A DNA stretch of 64,000 bases, taken from positions 2,016,001-2,080,000 of the forward strand of contig OY969695.1 of assembly GCA_963701965.1 (NCBI GenBank), in the 5' to 3' direction. Of this stretch, positions 40,179 to 51,000 are shown piece by piece (positions within the stretch are counted from its first letter, which is position 1; every line of letters begins with the position of its first letter). This DNA is from an uncultured Gemmatimonadales bacterium. Lineage in GTDB: Bacteria; Gemmatimonadota; Gemmatimonadetes; Gemmatimonadales; Gemmatimonadaceae. A model generated the notes under the pieces. The model made no database searches, was not told the origin of the DNA, and saw only the letters and a list, made by a program, of their open reading frames with translations. Both the position numbers and the translations under genes were made by a program.

Positions 40179-41795
40179 TCACCCGCGCGCCGCCGGCACA
40201 ATCAGGGTGAACGTGGACCCGACGCCGACTTCACTGGCCGCCGTGAGATCGCCGCCCATCGAGCGCGCCAGATCCCGACTGATCGCGAGGCCCAGTCCTG
40301 TCCCTTGCCCGATCGTCGTGCGATCGCTGCCCAGCTGCACAAAAGGCTCGAAGATCACGTCCAGGCGCTCCGCCGGTATCCCGATGCCCGTGTCGCTGAT
40401 CGTCACGCACACGTGGTCTCCCTCGACCGCCCAGGCCAGCGTGACGCGCCCGCCGCGCGGCGTGAACTTGGTCGCGTTGCTCAGCAGATTCAGCACGATC
40501 TGCTGCACCTTGTCGCGATCGGCGCGGGCGCGCACCGGCGCGACACGCTTGTCGACGCGCACGTCGAGCGCGAGGGCCTTGGCCAGCATCTGCGGCACCA
40601 CGAGGGGTCGCACGTCGTCGAGCACGTGCTGGACGTCGAAATCGGTGACCGCGAGCCGCAGGCTGCCCGCCTGCACCTTGGCGAAATCGAGCACCGCGTT
40701 GATGAGACCGAGGAGCAGTTCCTGGGCGCGCTTGATGCGATCGAGCGCTTCGACCTGTTTGGGCAACAGCGGACCATAGATGCCGTCGGCGATCAACTGG
40801 GTGAACCCCCCGATGGCGTTGAGCGGTGTGCGCAACTCGTGGCTCATCGTTGCCAGAAACTCGCTCTTCGCCCGGTTAGCCGCCTCGGCCTCCATCCGCG
40901 CCCGGTCCGCATCGGCGCGCGCCGCCTCCAGCGCGCGTTCGGCCGCCTTGCGATCCGTGATGTCGCGGAGGACGAGCACCGCCCCGACGGCGGCGCCCGG
41001 CGGCGCCCCCTCGACACGGTCGGCCCGGATGCGCGCGACGCGCGCGTCGACGGGCACCCGCCGCCCGTCGGCGCCGCGCAGCACCATGTCGGCTTGCGAC
41101 ACGGCGGTGCGCCCGGCGAGCACTTGCGCGAGCCGCTCATGCAAGGCGGGCCCCTCCCCGCCTTCCGGCACGACGTCGGCGACATTGGCCAAGGCGTACC
41201 CCGTCGCGTTGGACATCGTGCGCCCGGTCAATTCCTCGGCCGCACGGTTCAGGAACGTCACACGCCCATGCGCATCGGTGGTCACCACGGCGTCGCCGAT
41301 GCTCCGCAACGCCGTCGACGCCCACGCCTGTCCCGCGTGCAGAGCCCGCTCGGCGCGGTGGACGCGCACGGCGGCCCGGATCACCGCTTCCAGGCGGTCG
41401 GCGCTCAAGCTGCCGTCGGCCGTGCCCTTGGGAAGAAAATCGACAGCGCCGCCCTTCATCTGGGCGACGGCGATCTCGGGGTCGTTCTGACCGGTGAGCA
41501 TGACGACGGGCGCATCGACGCCCAGCCGCCGCGCCTCGCGGATGAACTCCAGTCCCGAGTGCCCGGGGAGCCGATTGTCGAGCAACACGCAGTCGAACCG
41601 GCGTCCCTTGAGAGCGGCCAGCGCCGCCTCGGCGGTCGTGGCTTCCTCAATGTCGGCTCTGAGGGCCGTCGCCGCCAATGCCCGGCGGACGGCCATGCGG
41701 TCCACGTCGTCGTCGTCGACGACGAGGAGCCGGAGGGTCACATCATCGGGGGTCACGGAGGACTCGGTCCACGTGAGGTCGGGTCGCGCGCTCAT
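40179..41795 (-). CDS. Hybrid sensor kinase (REC-PAS-HisKA-HATPase)
   Basis: VVDDD, LLDNRLP, PAS, MSHELRTPLN, NLLSNA and GTGLGL. Confidence 0.93.
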   Translation of the reverse strand: MSARPDLTWTESSVTPDDVTLRLLVVDDDDVDRMAVRRALAATALRADIEEATTAEAALAALKGRRFDCVLLDNRLPGHSGLEFIREARRLGVDAPVVMLTGQNDPEIAVAQMKGGAVDFLPKGTADGSLSADRLEAVIRAAVRVHRAERALHAGQAWASTALRSIGDAVVTTDAHGRVTFLNRAAEELTGRTMSNATGYALANVADVVPEGGEGPALHERLAQVLAGRTAVSQADMVLRGADGRRVPVDARVARIRADRVEGAPPGAAVGAVLVLRDITDRKAAERALEAARADADRARMEAEAANRAKSEFLATMSHELRTPLNAIGGFTQLIADGIYGPLLPKQVEALDRIKRAQELLLGLINAVLDFAKVQAGSLRLAVTDFDVQHVLDDVRPLVVPQMLAKALALDVRVDKRVAPVRARADRDKVQQIVLNLLSNATKFTPRGGRVTLAWAVEGDHVCVTISDTGIGIPAERLDVIFEPFVQLGSDRTTIGQGTGLGLAISRDLARSMGGDLTAASEVGVGSTFTLIVPAARG

Positions 41796-41935
41796 GAGGC
41801 GGTACGGATCCAGGGCACGCGGCGAGTCGGGCGCAAATCCGGGACCGTGCTCGGTAGCCACATGGTCTGATCTACCCCAGCCGGCGCTGTATGAGCGGTT
41901 GAGCACGGTGCCCGGACGGTACATCTTGGGGGCCG

Positions 41936-43759
41936 ATGATGATGAGACTGGCGCGCGTGGGACCGACCGTGCTGGTCGGGGTGGTGACGGTGCTGGCCTG
42001 CGCCGCTGCCTCGCCGCACGTCCGCTGGCTCATGGCGGCCGCCGGTGCCGTCGCGGTCGGGCTCTCGGCGCTCTCCGTGGCAACGTCGGCCGGCGTCGCC
42101 GCATCGGCGCGCCTGGCGCTCATGGCCGAGCAGCGCTTCCTCCGGCAGATCATCGACATCGACCCGAACTTCCTCTTCGCCAAGGATCGGCGGGGCCGCT
42201 TCACGCTGGTCAACCAGGCGGTAGCCGCGGCGTACGGGACGTCGATCGAAAACCTGATCGGCAAGAGCGACGCGGACTTCAACGCGAACGCGGACGAAGT
42301 CGAATTCTTTCGGCGCATCGATCGCCAAGTGCTGGAGTCGGGGCGCCCGCTGATGATTCCGGAAGAACGGATCACGGATGCCTCCGGCAACGTCCGATGG
42401 TTGCAGACCGTCAAATGTCCCATCTTCGGCGAGGACGGACGCGTCGAGCAGGTGCTGGGCGTCTCGACCGACGTCACGGAACGCAAGCGCATCGAGGTCG
42501 CCTTACGCGCCGAGGGGGTCCGCGTGCGGGCGATGCAGCGGGTGACGGCCGGTCTCTCGGCGGCCGCCACGGCGAAGGACGTCGCACGCATTGTCACGAC
42601 GGAGGGGTCGCACGTCGTGGGCGCGCAAGCGGGGTCGGTCGGGGTGCTGGCCGCGGATGGCGCGTCATTCGAGCTGCTCGCCATGACGGGCGTCGCGGAC
42701 GAACTGCACCAGCAATGGCGCCGCTTCCCGAATCGGCGCGGCTTGCCGTTCCCGGAGGTGGTCGCCTCGGGCGACCCGATCTTCATTACGACGCGGGCCG
42801 AGTACGTCGCGCGCTTTCCGACGCTGGCCCAGACGCTGGAGGCCAATCCTTCGCTCAGCGCCGCGGCGATCCTGCCCCTTATGGTAGAAGGACGCGCGCT
42901 GGGCGGCCTGGGGTTCGATTTCACGGCGCCGCGGAATTTCGACGATGGCGACGTGGCGCTGCTGACGACGTTGGCGCGCCAATGCGCGCAGGCGCTCGAG
43001 CGCGCCCGGTTGTTCGAGGCCGAACGCACGGCGCGCAACGACGCCGAGCGCGTGCGGCAGCGCGCCGACGAGGCCAATCAGGCCAAGTCGGCGTTCCTGG
43101 CGACCATGAGCCACGAGCTGCGGACGCCGCTCAACGCCATCGCGGGATACGTCGAATTGCTGGAGATGGGGATTCGCGGCCCGGTGACGGACACTCAACG
43201 CGAAGATCTCGGCCGCATCCGCCGCGCCGGGGAGTACCTGCTCGGCTTGATCAATGACGTGCTCAACTTTGTCCAGCTGGAGAGCGCCGGCGTGCGCTAC
43301 GCGCTGCGCGACGTCCCGGTGGATCGGGCGTTGCGCGAGGCGGCATCGCTCATCGAACCGCAGGCCCGCCGGAAAGGCGTCGTCTTCTCCCGCGAGCCCT
43401 GCGATCCGGTGCTGACGGTCCGCGCCGACCCGGACAAGGTGCAGCAGGTGATCCTCAACCTGTTGTCCAATGCCGTGAAGTTCACGCCCGAGGGCGGGCA
43501 TACGACGCTCCGGTGCCGCGTGCACGACGGTCTCGTCGACATGATCGTGCAGGACACGGGGCGGGGCATTCCCCACGACAAGCTCGATCAAATCTTCGAG
43601 CCGTTCGTGCAGGTGGGCCGCGAGCTGCGCAATCCCTCGACAGGCGTGGGACTGGGATTGGCGATCAGCCGGGAGCTGGCGCGCGGGATGGGCGGAGAAT
43701 TGACGGCCGCGAGCGAGCTGGGGTCGGGATCGACCTTCACTTTCACGCTTCCCGCCTGA
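41936..43759 (+). CDS. PAS-GAF sensor histidine kinase
   Basis: N-terminal TM segments, PAS (FAKDRRGRF), GAF, MSHELRTPLN and GVGLGL. Confidence 0.93.
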   Translation: MMMRLARVGPTVLVGVVTVLACAAASPHVRWLMAAAGAVAVGLSALSVATSAGVAASARLALMAEQRFLRQIIDIDPNFLFAKDRRGRFTLVNQAVAAAYGTSIENLIGKSDADFNANADEVEFFRRIDRQVLESGRPLMIPEERITDASGNVRWLQTVKCPIFGEDGRVEQVLGVSTDVTERKRIEVALRAEGVRVRAMQRVTAGLSAAATAKDVARIVTTEGSHVVGAQAGSVGVLAADGASFELLAMTGVADELHQQWRRFPNRRGLPFPEVVASGDPIFITTRAEYVARFPTLAQTLEANPSLSAAAILPLMVEGRALGGLGFDFTAPRNFDDGDVALLTTLARQCAQALERARLFEAERTARNDAERVRQRADEANQAKSAFLATMSHELRTPLNAIAGYVELLEMGIRGPVTDTQREDLGRIRRAGEYLLGLINDVLNFVQLESAGVRYALRDVPVDRALREAASLIEPQARRKGVVFSREPCDPVLTVRADPDKVQQVILNLLSNAVKFTPEGGHTTLRCRVHDGLVDMIVQDTGRGIPHDKLDQIFEPFVQVGRELRNPSTGVGLGLAISRELARGMGGELTAASELGSGSTFTFTLPA

Positions 43760-43863
43760 TTCCATCGCAGAACGCCTGTCAATTTCGCGTTTTGCCTGTA
43801 GAGCGCTTCCCACACAAACAACTGCTTGCGTTGGGACATACTGACTTAGCAAACCGAGCTGGG

Positions 43864-43878
43864 CGGCGTGCCGCTTGC
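43864..43878 (+). promoter_or_regulatory. Putative sigma-54 promoter (-24/-12)
   Basis: cGGcgtgccgcttGC has GG-N10-GC spacing with TTGC, about 33 bp before the ATG at 43911. Confidence 0.5.
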
Positions 43879-43910
43879 CTTGATACCGGCCAACCTCGGT
43901 CAGGACTACT

Positions 43911-44522
43911 ATGCGCTTCTTCCAATCGTACAAAACCGCGACAGTGAGCCTCGTAATCGCCGGCGCCGGCCTAGTGGCTTGCAGCGGCGAGACTGGTGAA
44001 CCCCTGGCTCCTGCGACGCCGGCCGCCCAAGCGGCGCCGGTGACCACGCTCTCCAACCCTCAGACGCAGAAGGCCCAGGACCTCAGTGGTCTCCTCGGCC
44101 TCCTGGGGATCGGGAGCAAGCCCGATCTCTTCGTCTGTACGAACAACGGCGGCCCGTACAAGGGCTCCGCGACCATCGGCTTGCTCGGTGGCACGGTGCA
44201 CTTCGGCCCCCACACGTTGGCGGTGCCGCCGTTGGCGGTGCTCAAGCCGACGTTGATCACGGCGACGACCGTCGCCGGCGACACGCTGGCGGCGTCGTTC
44301 ACGCCGGCCGGTACCAAGTTCCTGGTGCCGCCGACGCTGACGCTCGACTACTCGCATTGCGCGAACAAGCCCCAGGGCTCGCTCGGCATCGACTTCCTGG
44401 ACGACCTGCTGACGCAGATCCTGGAGCTCTTGCCGGCGATCGACAACGGCGGCGGTCAGGTACACGCCCCGATCTGGCACTTCTCGGTCTACGCGGCGTC
44501 GGAGACGCGCCGCGCGCGGTAA
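43911..44522 (+). CDS. Hypothetical lipoprotein (possibly ZU5-like C-terminal beta domain)
   Basis: Lipobox LVAC; IGLLGGTV..LAVPPLAV..F.PAGTKF..HFSVYA. Confidence 0.7.
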   Translation: MRFFQSYKTATVSLVIAGAGLVACSGETGEPLAPATPAAQAAPVTTLSNPQTQKAQDLSGLLGLLGIGSKPDLFVCTNNGGPYKGSATIGLLGGTVHFGPHTLAVPPLAVLKPTLITATTVAGDTLAASFTPAGTKFLVPPTLTLDYSHCANKPQGSLGIDFLDDLLTQILELLPAIDNGGGQVHAPIWHFSVYAASETRRAR

Positions 44523-44523
44523 G

Positions 44524-46101
44524 ATGACCGAAGCGACGGTCGAAACCGCGCCCAGTCGGGCGCGGCAGCTCCTCGCCGTCGCGAGGGAACGAGAGCGCGC
44601 GGGACGATTGGACGCGGCGGTCGAGGATTATATCTCGGCCGCCGCGAGCGCTGGGACGGATCTCGCGGACGTGGAGGCGCGGTGCGAAGCCCTGCGCCGC
44701 CACGCGTCGATTCGGCGACGCCGCCAGGAGTTCGGGGCCGCGATCGCGTTGTGCGAGGAGAGCTATCACACGGCGATGGCCGCGCATCTCGACCTCATGG
44801 CCTCGCACGCGCTGAACGGTCTCGGCTTCGCGCATTTGGAGCGGGCCGACCTGACGGCCGCGGCCGACGCGTTCGAGCGGGCGCTGACGCTGGGCGGCCA
44901 CGATCCGACGGCCCGGGCGCACATCGAGGGGAATCTCGGCGTCGTCGCCAACGTGCGCGGCGATTTCGCGACGGCCCTCAGTCGCTACAAGCGGTCGCTG
45001 GCGGCGTTCGAGGCGGTGGGCGACGATCGGGGCCGCGCGGTGACGAACCACAACCTGGGCATGATCAGCGCCGACCTCAAGGACTGGGCGACGGCCGACC
45101 TGTACTACGCCGCGAGCCTCGCGCTGGCGGAGTCGATCGGGGACCGGCAGCTGCGCACCTCGGTGCTGCTCAACCGGTGCGAGATCCACTTGGGGCGCCA
45201 GCGGTACGAGGACGCCAGAGCGGGCGCCGAGGAGGTCCTGAACATCCTCGACGAGCTGGGCATCCGCCAAGGTCGATCGGAGGCCTACAAGTTCCTCGGC
45301 ATGATGTACCGCGAGACGGGCGCGCCGGCGTTGGCCGAGTCGCGCCTACGCTCGGCCATCAAACTGGCATCCGATGTCGGCGTCGGTCTGGAAGAAGCCG
45401 AAGCGACGCGCGAGTTGGCCGTCTTGTACCAGCAGCTCAATCGCAACCAGGATGCGCTGACGCTGCTCAACACCGCCCACCGGCTGTTCCACCGGCTGGG
45501 CGCCAAGGCCGACCTACAGGACGTCACCACCAAGGTCTCCGACCTCGAGCGGATCTATCTCGACCTCGTGGCCTCGTGGGGCCGCTCGATCGACTCGGCG
45601 GACGCGTACACCCACGGCCACTGCGAGCGCGTGGCGTCGTACGCGACGGCGGTCGCCGTGGAGCTGGGGCTCAACGAAGCGACGGTAACGGCGGTGCGCG
45701 TCGGCGCCTACCTCCACGACGTCGGCAAGGTCAAAGTCCCCCACGAGATCCTGAACAAGCCCGGCAAGCTCACCGAAGCCGAGTTCGAGATCATGCAGCA
45801 GCACACCGTCTATGGCGTGGAGCTGCTGGCGTCGGTCGAGTTTCCGTGGCAGGTCAAGCCGATCATCCGGTCCCACCACGAAAAGCTCGACGGCACCGGG
45901 TATCCCGATCGCCTGAAGGGCGACGAGGTGCCGCTGACCGCGCAGATCATCGGCATCGTCAATGCCTACGACGCGATGACCACGACGCGCAGCTACCGCG
46001 CGGCGCGCTCCGGGGCCGAGGCGATCGCCGAGATCAAGCGGTGCGCCCACTGGTGGCGCCCCAATGTCGTCGCCGCTTTTCTCGCTACCGCGCCGCGATG
46101 A
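44524..46101 (+). CDS. TPR-repeat HD-GYP domain protein
   Basis: TPR motifs (ALNGLG, GNLGVV, HNLGM), then GHCERV, LHDVGK and HHEKLDGTGYP. Confidence 0.92.
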   Translation: MTEATVETAPSRARQLLAVARERERAGRLDAAVEDYISAAASAGTDLADVEARCEALRRHASIRRRRQEFGAAIALCEESYHTAMAAHLDLMASHALNGLGFAHLERADLTAAADAFERALTLGGHDPTARAHIEGNLGVVANVRGDFATALSRYKRSLAAFEAVGDDRGRAVTNHNLGMISADLKDWATADLYYAASLALAESIGDRQLRTSVLLNRCEIHLGRQRYEDARAGAEEVLNILDELGIRQGRSEAYKFLGMMYRETGAPALAESRLRSAIKLASDVGVGLEEAEATRELAVLYQQLNRNQDALTLLNTAHRLFHRLGAKADLQDVTTKVSDLERIYLDLVASWGRSIDSADAYTHGHCERVASYATAVAVELGLNEATVTAVRVGAYLHDVGKVKVPHEILNKPGKLTEAEFEIMQQHTVYGVELLASVEFPWQVKPIIRSHHEKLDGTGYPDRLKGDEVPLTAQIIGIVNAYDAMTTTRSYRAARSGAEAIAEIKRCAHWWRPNVVAAFLATAPR

Positions 46102-46435
46102 GGGCGATCTCGACCTTGTAGATCGGTTTGGCGAGCTTCGCTTCGACCGTCGCCCGGGCGGGCGTATGTCCGGCGATCACCCACGCGTCCCACACCCGGT
46201 TCATTTCGTCATACGAGGCGGCGATGTCCGCCAGCCAGATGTTGGCCGAGAGGGCCTTGGACTTGTCGGATCCCGCTTCCGCCAGCAGGGCATCGATCGA
46301 GGCCAGGATTTGCCGCGTCTGTCCGGCCACATCCGCCGACGTGTCGGTGGCCACCTGACCCGCGATGAAGATGGTGTCGCCATGAATGACCGCTTGGCTC
46401 AAGCGCGGTCCGGTATTCAGTCGTTTGATCGTCAT
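46085..46435 (-). CDS. RidA family protein (YoaB-like)
   Basis: RLSQAVIH, FIAGQV, MNRVWDAW, PARATVEA and VEI. Confidence 0.92.
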   Translation of the reverse strand: MTIKRLNTGPRLSQAVIHGDTIFIAGQVATDTSADVAGQTRQILASIDALLAEAGSDKSKALSANIWLADIAASYDEMNRVWDAWVIAGHTPARATVEAKLAKPIYKVEIALIAAR

Positions 46436-46445
46436 GGCCTGGAGG

Positions 46446-46871
46446 CTAGCGGCCTGTGACGATTCGCTCCAGTCGGGCCCGATAGGTGCGGCTCACGCGC
46501 AGCCGGGTGCCGTCGCGGAGGATCGCGTATGCGTCGCCGTGATAAAAGGGCTGGATCTCGGCGATACGGGCAATGTTCACGACGGTGGAGCGGTGCAGGC
46601 GGGCGAAAAGCGTGGGGTCCAATCGCCGTTCGATGCCGGCGAGCGGCTCGCGCACGCGGTGGCCGGCGGCGCCGACGTGCAGGATGATCGTGTCATCGTC
46701 GGCCTCGATCCAGTCGATGGTCCGCTGATCGAAGACCCGCATCCGGTCGCCGACCTTGACCCCTAGTCTCGGGGGAGCCGCCGATCCCCGGTCCTGCCCG
46801 GCGCGGGCCCGGGCCCGCTCCACGGCCTCGATGACGCGCGACGGACGGAGGGGTTTGAGGAGGTAGTCCAT
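46446..46871 (-). pseudogene. LytTR response regulator lacking most of its receiver domain
   Basis: Begins at DYLLKP (the end of a receiver); LytTR motifs IDWIEA, FARLHRS and VSRTYR. Confidence 0.8.
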
Positions 46872-47539
46872 GGCGTCTCGATGACGACGTCGGTGCCGCG
46901 CCGGCCCGCGGCGACATGGTCAGGGTGCCGCCGTCGCCGTACAGGCAGGCGAGCCGGCGCCGCGTGATGTCGAGCCCCGTGCCGAGCCCGTGCGTCGGCC
47001 CCACGATGCCGGCGCCATCGTCGCTGACGCGCATCCGGAGGGCGTCACCCGTGCGCGCGATGGTGACGGACACCTGGCCGCCGTCGACGCGCGGGGCGAT
47101 GCCGTGACGGATCGCGTTGTCGACGACGGGTTGCAGAATGAATCGCGGCACCAGGGCTGCCGCGGCGTCGGGCTCCACCGTGCAGGAGATCTGCAAGCGG
47201 TCCGAAAACCGGATGCGCTCGATGGCCAGGTACTCCTCGATGAACCGCATCTCTTCCCCGGCTGGCACCTCGTGGGAGGCGCCGGGCGCCAGCAACTGGC
47301 GCAACAGGCCGCCGAGTCCGTGCAGGACATCCATGGCCTCGGCATTGCGCTTGGTCATGACCAGCGCGCTGATGGTGTTCAGCGTGTTGTACAGGAAATG
47401 CGGTTGCAGCTGTGCCTGGAGGGCGCGCAGGTGGGCGTCGGCCAACTGCTCGCGATGGGTGTGCCGATCGCCGGCCCACACGGCCAGCTGGCCGAGCGCT
47501 ACAATGAGGAAGTACACGAGCAACGCGGTGTGGAACCAT
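46868..47539 (-). pseudogene. LytS-type histidine kinase, N-terminally deleted and frameshifted near its C-terminus
   Basis: LQAQLQPHFLYNTLN, IERIRFSDRL, LQPVVDNAIRHG and GTGL. Only one TM helix remains and the ATG at 47539 is out of frame. Confidence 0.75.
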
Positions 47540-47583
47540 GGCGCCGAAGATATCGGCGCGCGCCCCCGGACCCGCGCGCCGAC

Positions 47584-47612
47584 CGGTGAACGGGTATCGG
47601 CGCGCGGTGAAC
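47584..47612. promoter_or_regulatory. LytTR-type direct repeats, 21-bp period
   Basis: CGGTGAAC at 47584 and 47605, upstream of a -10 TATCTT on the minus strand. Confidence 0.6.
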
Positions 47613-47650
47613 CGGAGCGGTGGTGCTACTACGAGTCTAGGATCAGCCGC

Positions 47651-47917
47651 TTACGAGCAGCTGCCGCTCACCATCGCCATCTTCGTGGCGTCGAGCGACG
47701 AATCCTTGACATCGCCCGTCAGCGTGACTGTGTGCCCCACGTGGCCGGCGAGCTTCAGCGTCTTCGACGTGACCTTGTACGTCTTCCCGTCCTTCGACGC
47801 CAGGGTGTAGGTGCCGTCCGTGGAGCCTTTTTGGAGGCACCCGGTAATCGCGCTGTCCGCCACGGACATCGTGGACGCCGAGAAGGCCATCAAGATGGCC
47901 GGAATCAAGGGAACCAT
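47651..47917 (-). CDS. Small secreted OB-fold-like protein
   Basis: AGGAG RBS, signal peptide, ITGCL..HVGHTVTLTG..MVSGSC. Confidence 0.7.
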   Translation of the reverse strand: MVPLIPAILMAFSASTMSVADSAITGCLQKGSTDGTYTLASKDGKTYKVTSKTLKLAGHVGHTVTLTGDVKDSSLDATKMAMVSGSCS

Positions 47918-48072
47918 TGTGACGCTCCTGTAGATTTGTCTGACGAGTAATAAGAGCAACGCAGAGGCTGGCGGTCAACTCGGCCGGCGCAGACGGATAT
48001 TCAGCGTCGCGACAGTCTCATGCGTACTGCATGTATCGGTAAGGCATCCTGGGATAAACTGGTGGTCGCGCG

Positions 48073-51000
48073 ATGTGGATAGTTCGACTCGCGCTCCGGC
48101 GGCCGTATACGTTCGTCGTCGGGGCGTTGTTGGTGATCATTTTCGGGATCGTCGCCATCCGGCGCACGCCGGCCGACGTGTTTCCCGAAATCAACATTCC
48201 GGTAATCAACGTCGTCTGGGTCTATGCGGGCATGAGCCCGAAAGACATGGAACAGCGTATCGTCGGCCCATCCGAGCGATTCGCGACGACGGTGGTGAAT
48301 GACATCGAGCACATCGAGTCCAACTCGTTGTTTGGCGAAGGCGTCATTCGAATCTACTTCCATCCTGGCGTCAACATTGGGGCGGCCAACGCCCAGGTCA
48401 CGGCGTTCTGCCAGACGGCGCTCCGCGGGTATCCGGTGGGGACCACGCCCCCGCTCATCATTCAGTTCAACGCGACGAACGTTCCGATCCTGCAGCTCGG
48501 CATCCATAGCGACGTGCTCTCCGAGCAGCAGATCAACGACTATTCGTCGAACTTTCTGCGTATCGGTCTGGCCACAGTCCAGGGCTCCCAGCTGCCAGGC
48601 CTCTACGGCGGCAAGCCCCGGCAGATCATGGTCGATCTCGATCCCCAGGCGTTGCTGGCCAAGGGGATCAGCCCGAGCGATGTCAGCTTGGCGGTCAACG
48701 CCCAGAACGTCATACTGCCCGCCGGCACGGTGAAGCTGGGCACGACCGAATACCAGGTCGGCCTCAACAGCACACCCGACGTTCTGGAAGAGCTCAACGA
48801 CCTGCCGATTCGCCAGGTGAACGGCGCCATGGTGTACGTGCGCGACGTCGCGCACGTCCACGATGGCAACGCGATCCAGACGAACATCGTCCGCGAAAAC
48901 GGCAACCGCGGCGCGCTCCAGAGCATTCTCAAGGCCGAAGGCAACTCGACGCTGGACATCGTGCGCCGCGTGAAAGAGGCGCTGCCCGCCGTGCAGGCGA
49001 CGTTGCCGCCCTCGATGAAGATCCGGTTCGTGATCGACCAGTCGGTCTTCGTGCAGGCCGCGCTGGACGGCGTGCTGCGCGAGGCGGCGATCGCCGCCTG
49101 CCTCACGGCGCTCATGATCCTGCTCTTCCTGGGTTCCTGGCGCAGCACCGTGATCGTGGCGACCTCGATCCCACTCTCGATCCTGTGCTCCATCATCACG
49201 ATGGCGGCCCTGGGTCAGACGTTGAACGTCATGACCATGGGCGGCCTGGCGCTGGCGGTGGGCATACTCGTCGACGACGCGACGGTGGAAATCGAGAACA
49301 TCCATCGCAACTTGGGCCAACGAAAAGAGCTGACGCAGGCGATCCTGGACGGGGCGTCGCAGATCGCCGTCCCCGCGTTCGTCTCCACGCTGGCCATCTG
49401 CATCGTGTTCGTGCCGGTGTTCTTTCTCGGTGGTGTCGCCGGCGCATTGTTCGCCCCGCTGGCCATGGCCGTGATCTTCGCCATGCTCGCGTCGTACCTC
49501 CTGTCGCGGACCATCGTGCCGACCATGGTGCAGTTTCTCCTCAAGCAGGAGAGCGCCATGTACCAGCACGGCGAGCACGCCGAAGGCGGCTCTGGTCCGG
49601 TGTGGCGCGTCTATCATGCCTTCAACGGCGTGTTCGAGCGGGTCCGCGACGTCTACCATGGGGCACTGGAGCGCGCGCTGCATCACCGGAAGGTGGTCGT
49701 GTTCAGCGCGGTCGCCTTCTGCGCCGTGAGCGCGTGCTTGCTGCCGTTCATCGGCCAGGACTTCTTCCCGAGAGTGGACGCGGGACAGATCCGCCTGCAT
49801 GTGCGCGCGCCTGCGGGCACGCGCATCGAGGAAACCGAGCAATTCGTGGCCAGCGTGGACCGGACGGTCCGGCAGATCATTCCGCCGCGCGAGCTGAGCG
49901 GCATTCTCGACAACATCGGCCTGCCCTACAGCCAGATCAATCTCTCGACGAGCGACACGCCCACCATCAGCGCGGCCGACGCCGAGGTCATGATCTCGCT
50001 CGTGCCGGACCACCATACATCCACCTGGGACTACATCAAGACCATCCGGCGCCGCCTCCACGCCGAATATCCGCAGGGGACGTTCTCCTTCGGCTCGGCC
50101 GACATTGTGAGCCAGATTCTCAACTTCGGTCTGCCCTCACCCATCGACATCCAGGTTGTCGGCAAGAATCCGGCGAACTACGACATCGCGCTCGGTCTCG
50201 TGCGGAAGATTCGGGACGTCCCGGGAGCCGTGGATGTCCGCCTGCAGCAAGTCGTCGCGGCGCCCGAGCTCAAGTTCAATGTGAATCGCTCGCGGGCGAC
50301 CCAGCTCGGCCTCACGCAAAACAACGTCGCGACCAGCCTGCTGACGTCCCTCTCGTCCAGCGTACAAGCCGCGCCGAACTTCTGGCTCAGCCCGCAAACG
50401 GGCATCCCCTATAGCCTCGTGGTGCAGACGCCGCCCACGCGCTTCGAGACGCTCGACGACATCAGGAGCACCCCCCTCGGCGCCCTGCCCGCCTCGTCGA
50501 ACAACCGCTTCGTGGACGACCCGTCCCTGTCGGTGCCCACCGCCAGCGGGAACCCACCGCTCGTCCTGGGCAACGTGGCCTCCATGCATCGGACGACGAT
50601 TCCGATGGAGATCAGCCACTACAACGTGCAGAACGTCTTCGACGTGTTCGCGGCCGCCCAGGACCGCGACCTCGGTGGCGTGGCGGCCGACATTGATCGG
50701 ATCGTGGCCGCGTCGCGCCAATCGCTCCCGCGTGGCACGCAGCTCATCGTGCGCGGTCAAGTGCGCAACATGCGCGAGTCGTTCATCGGGCTGGGCTCCG
50801 GCCTCGCCTTCGCCATCCTCCTCGTGTACTTGTTAATGGTCGTCAACTTTCAATCGTGGTCGGATCCCCTGATCATCATCATGGCGTTGCCCGGCGCGCT
50901 CGCCGGCATCGTATGGGCCCTCTTCGCCACCAACACCACGTTCAGCGTGCCGTCGCTCATGGGCGCTATCATGGCCATGGGCGTGGCGACCGCGAATAGC

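Noticed and set aside
43760..43910. Possible c-di-GMP-I riboswitch upstream of the HD-GYP operon (GCAAACC present)
   Set aside because: The GNRA-capped stem and the following conserved GCAAAG segment are missing. A sigma-54 promoter explains the region better.
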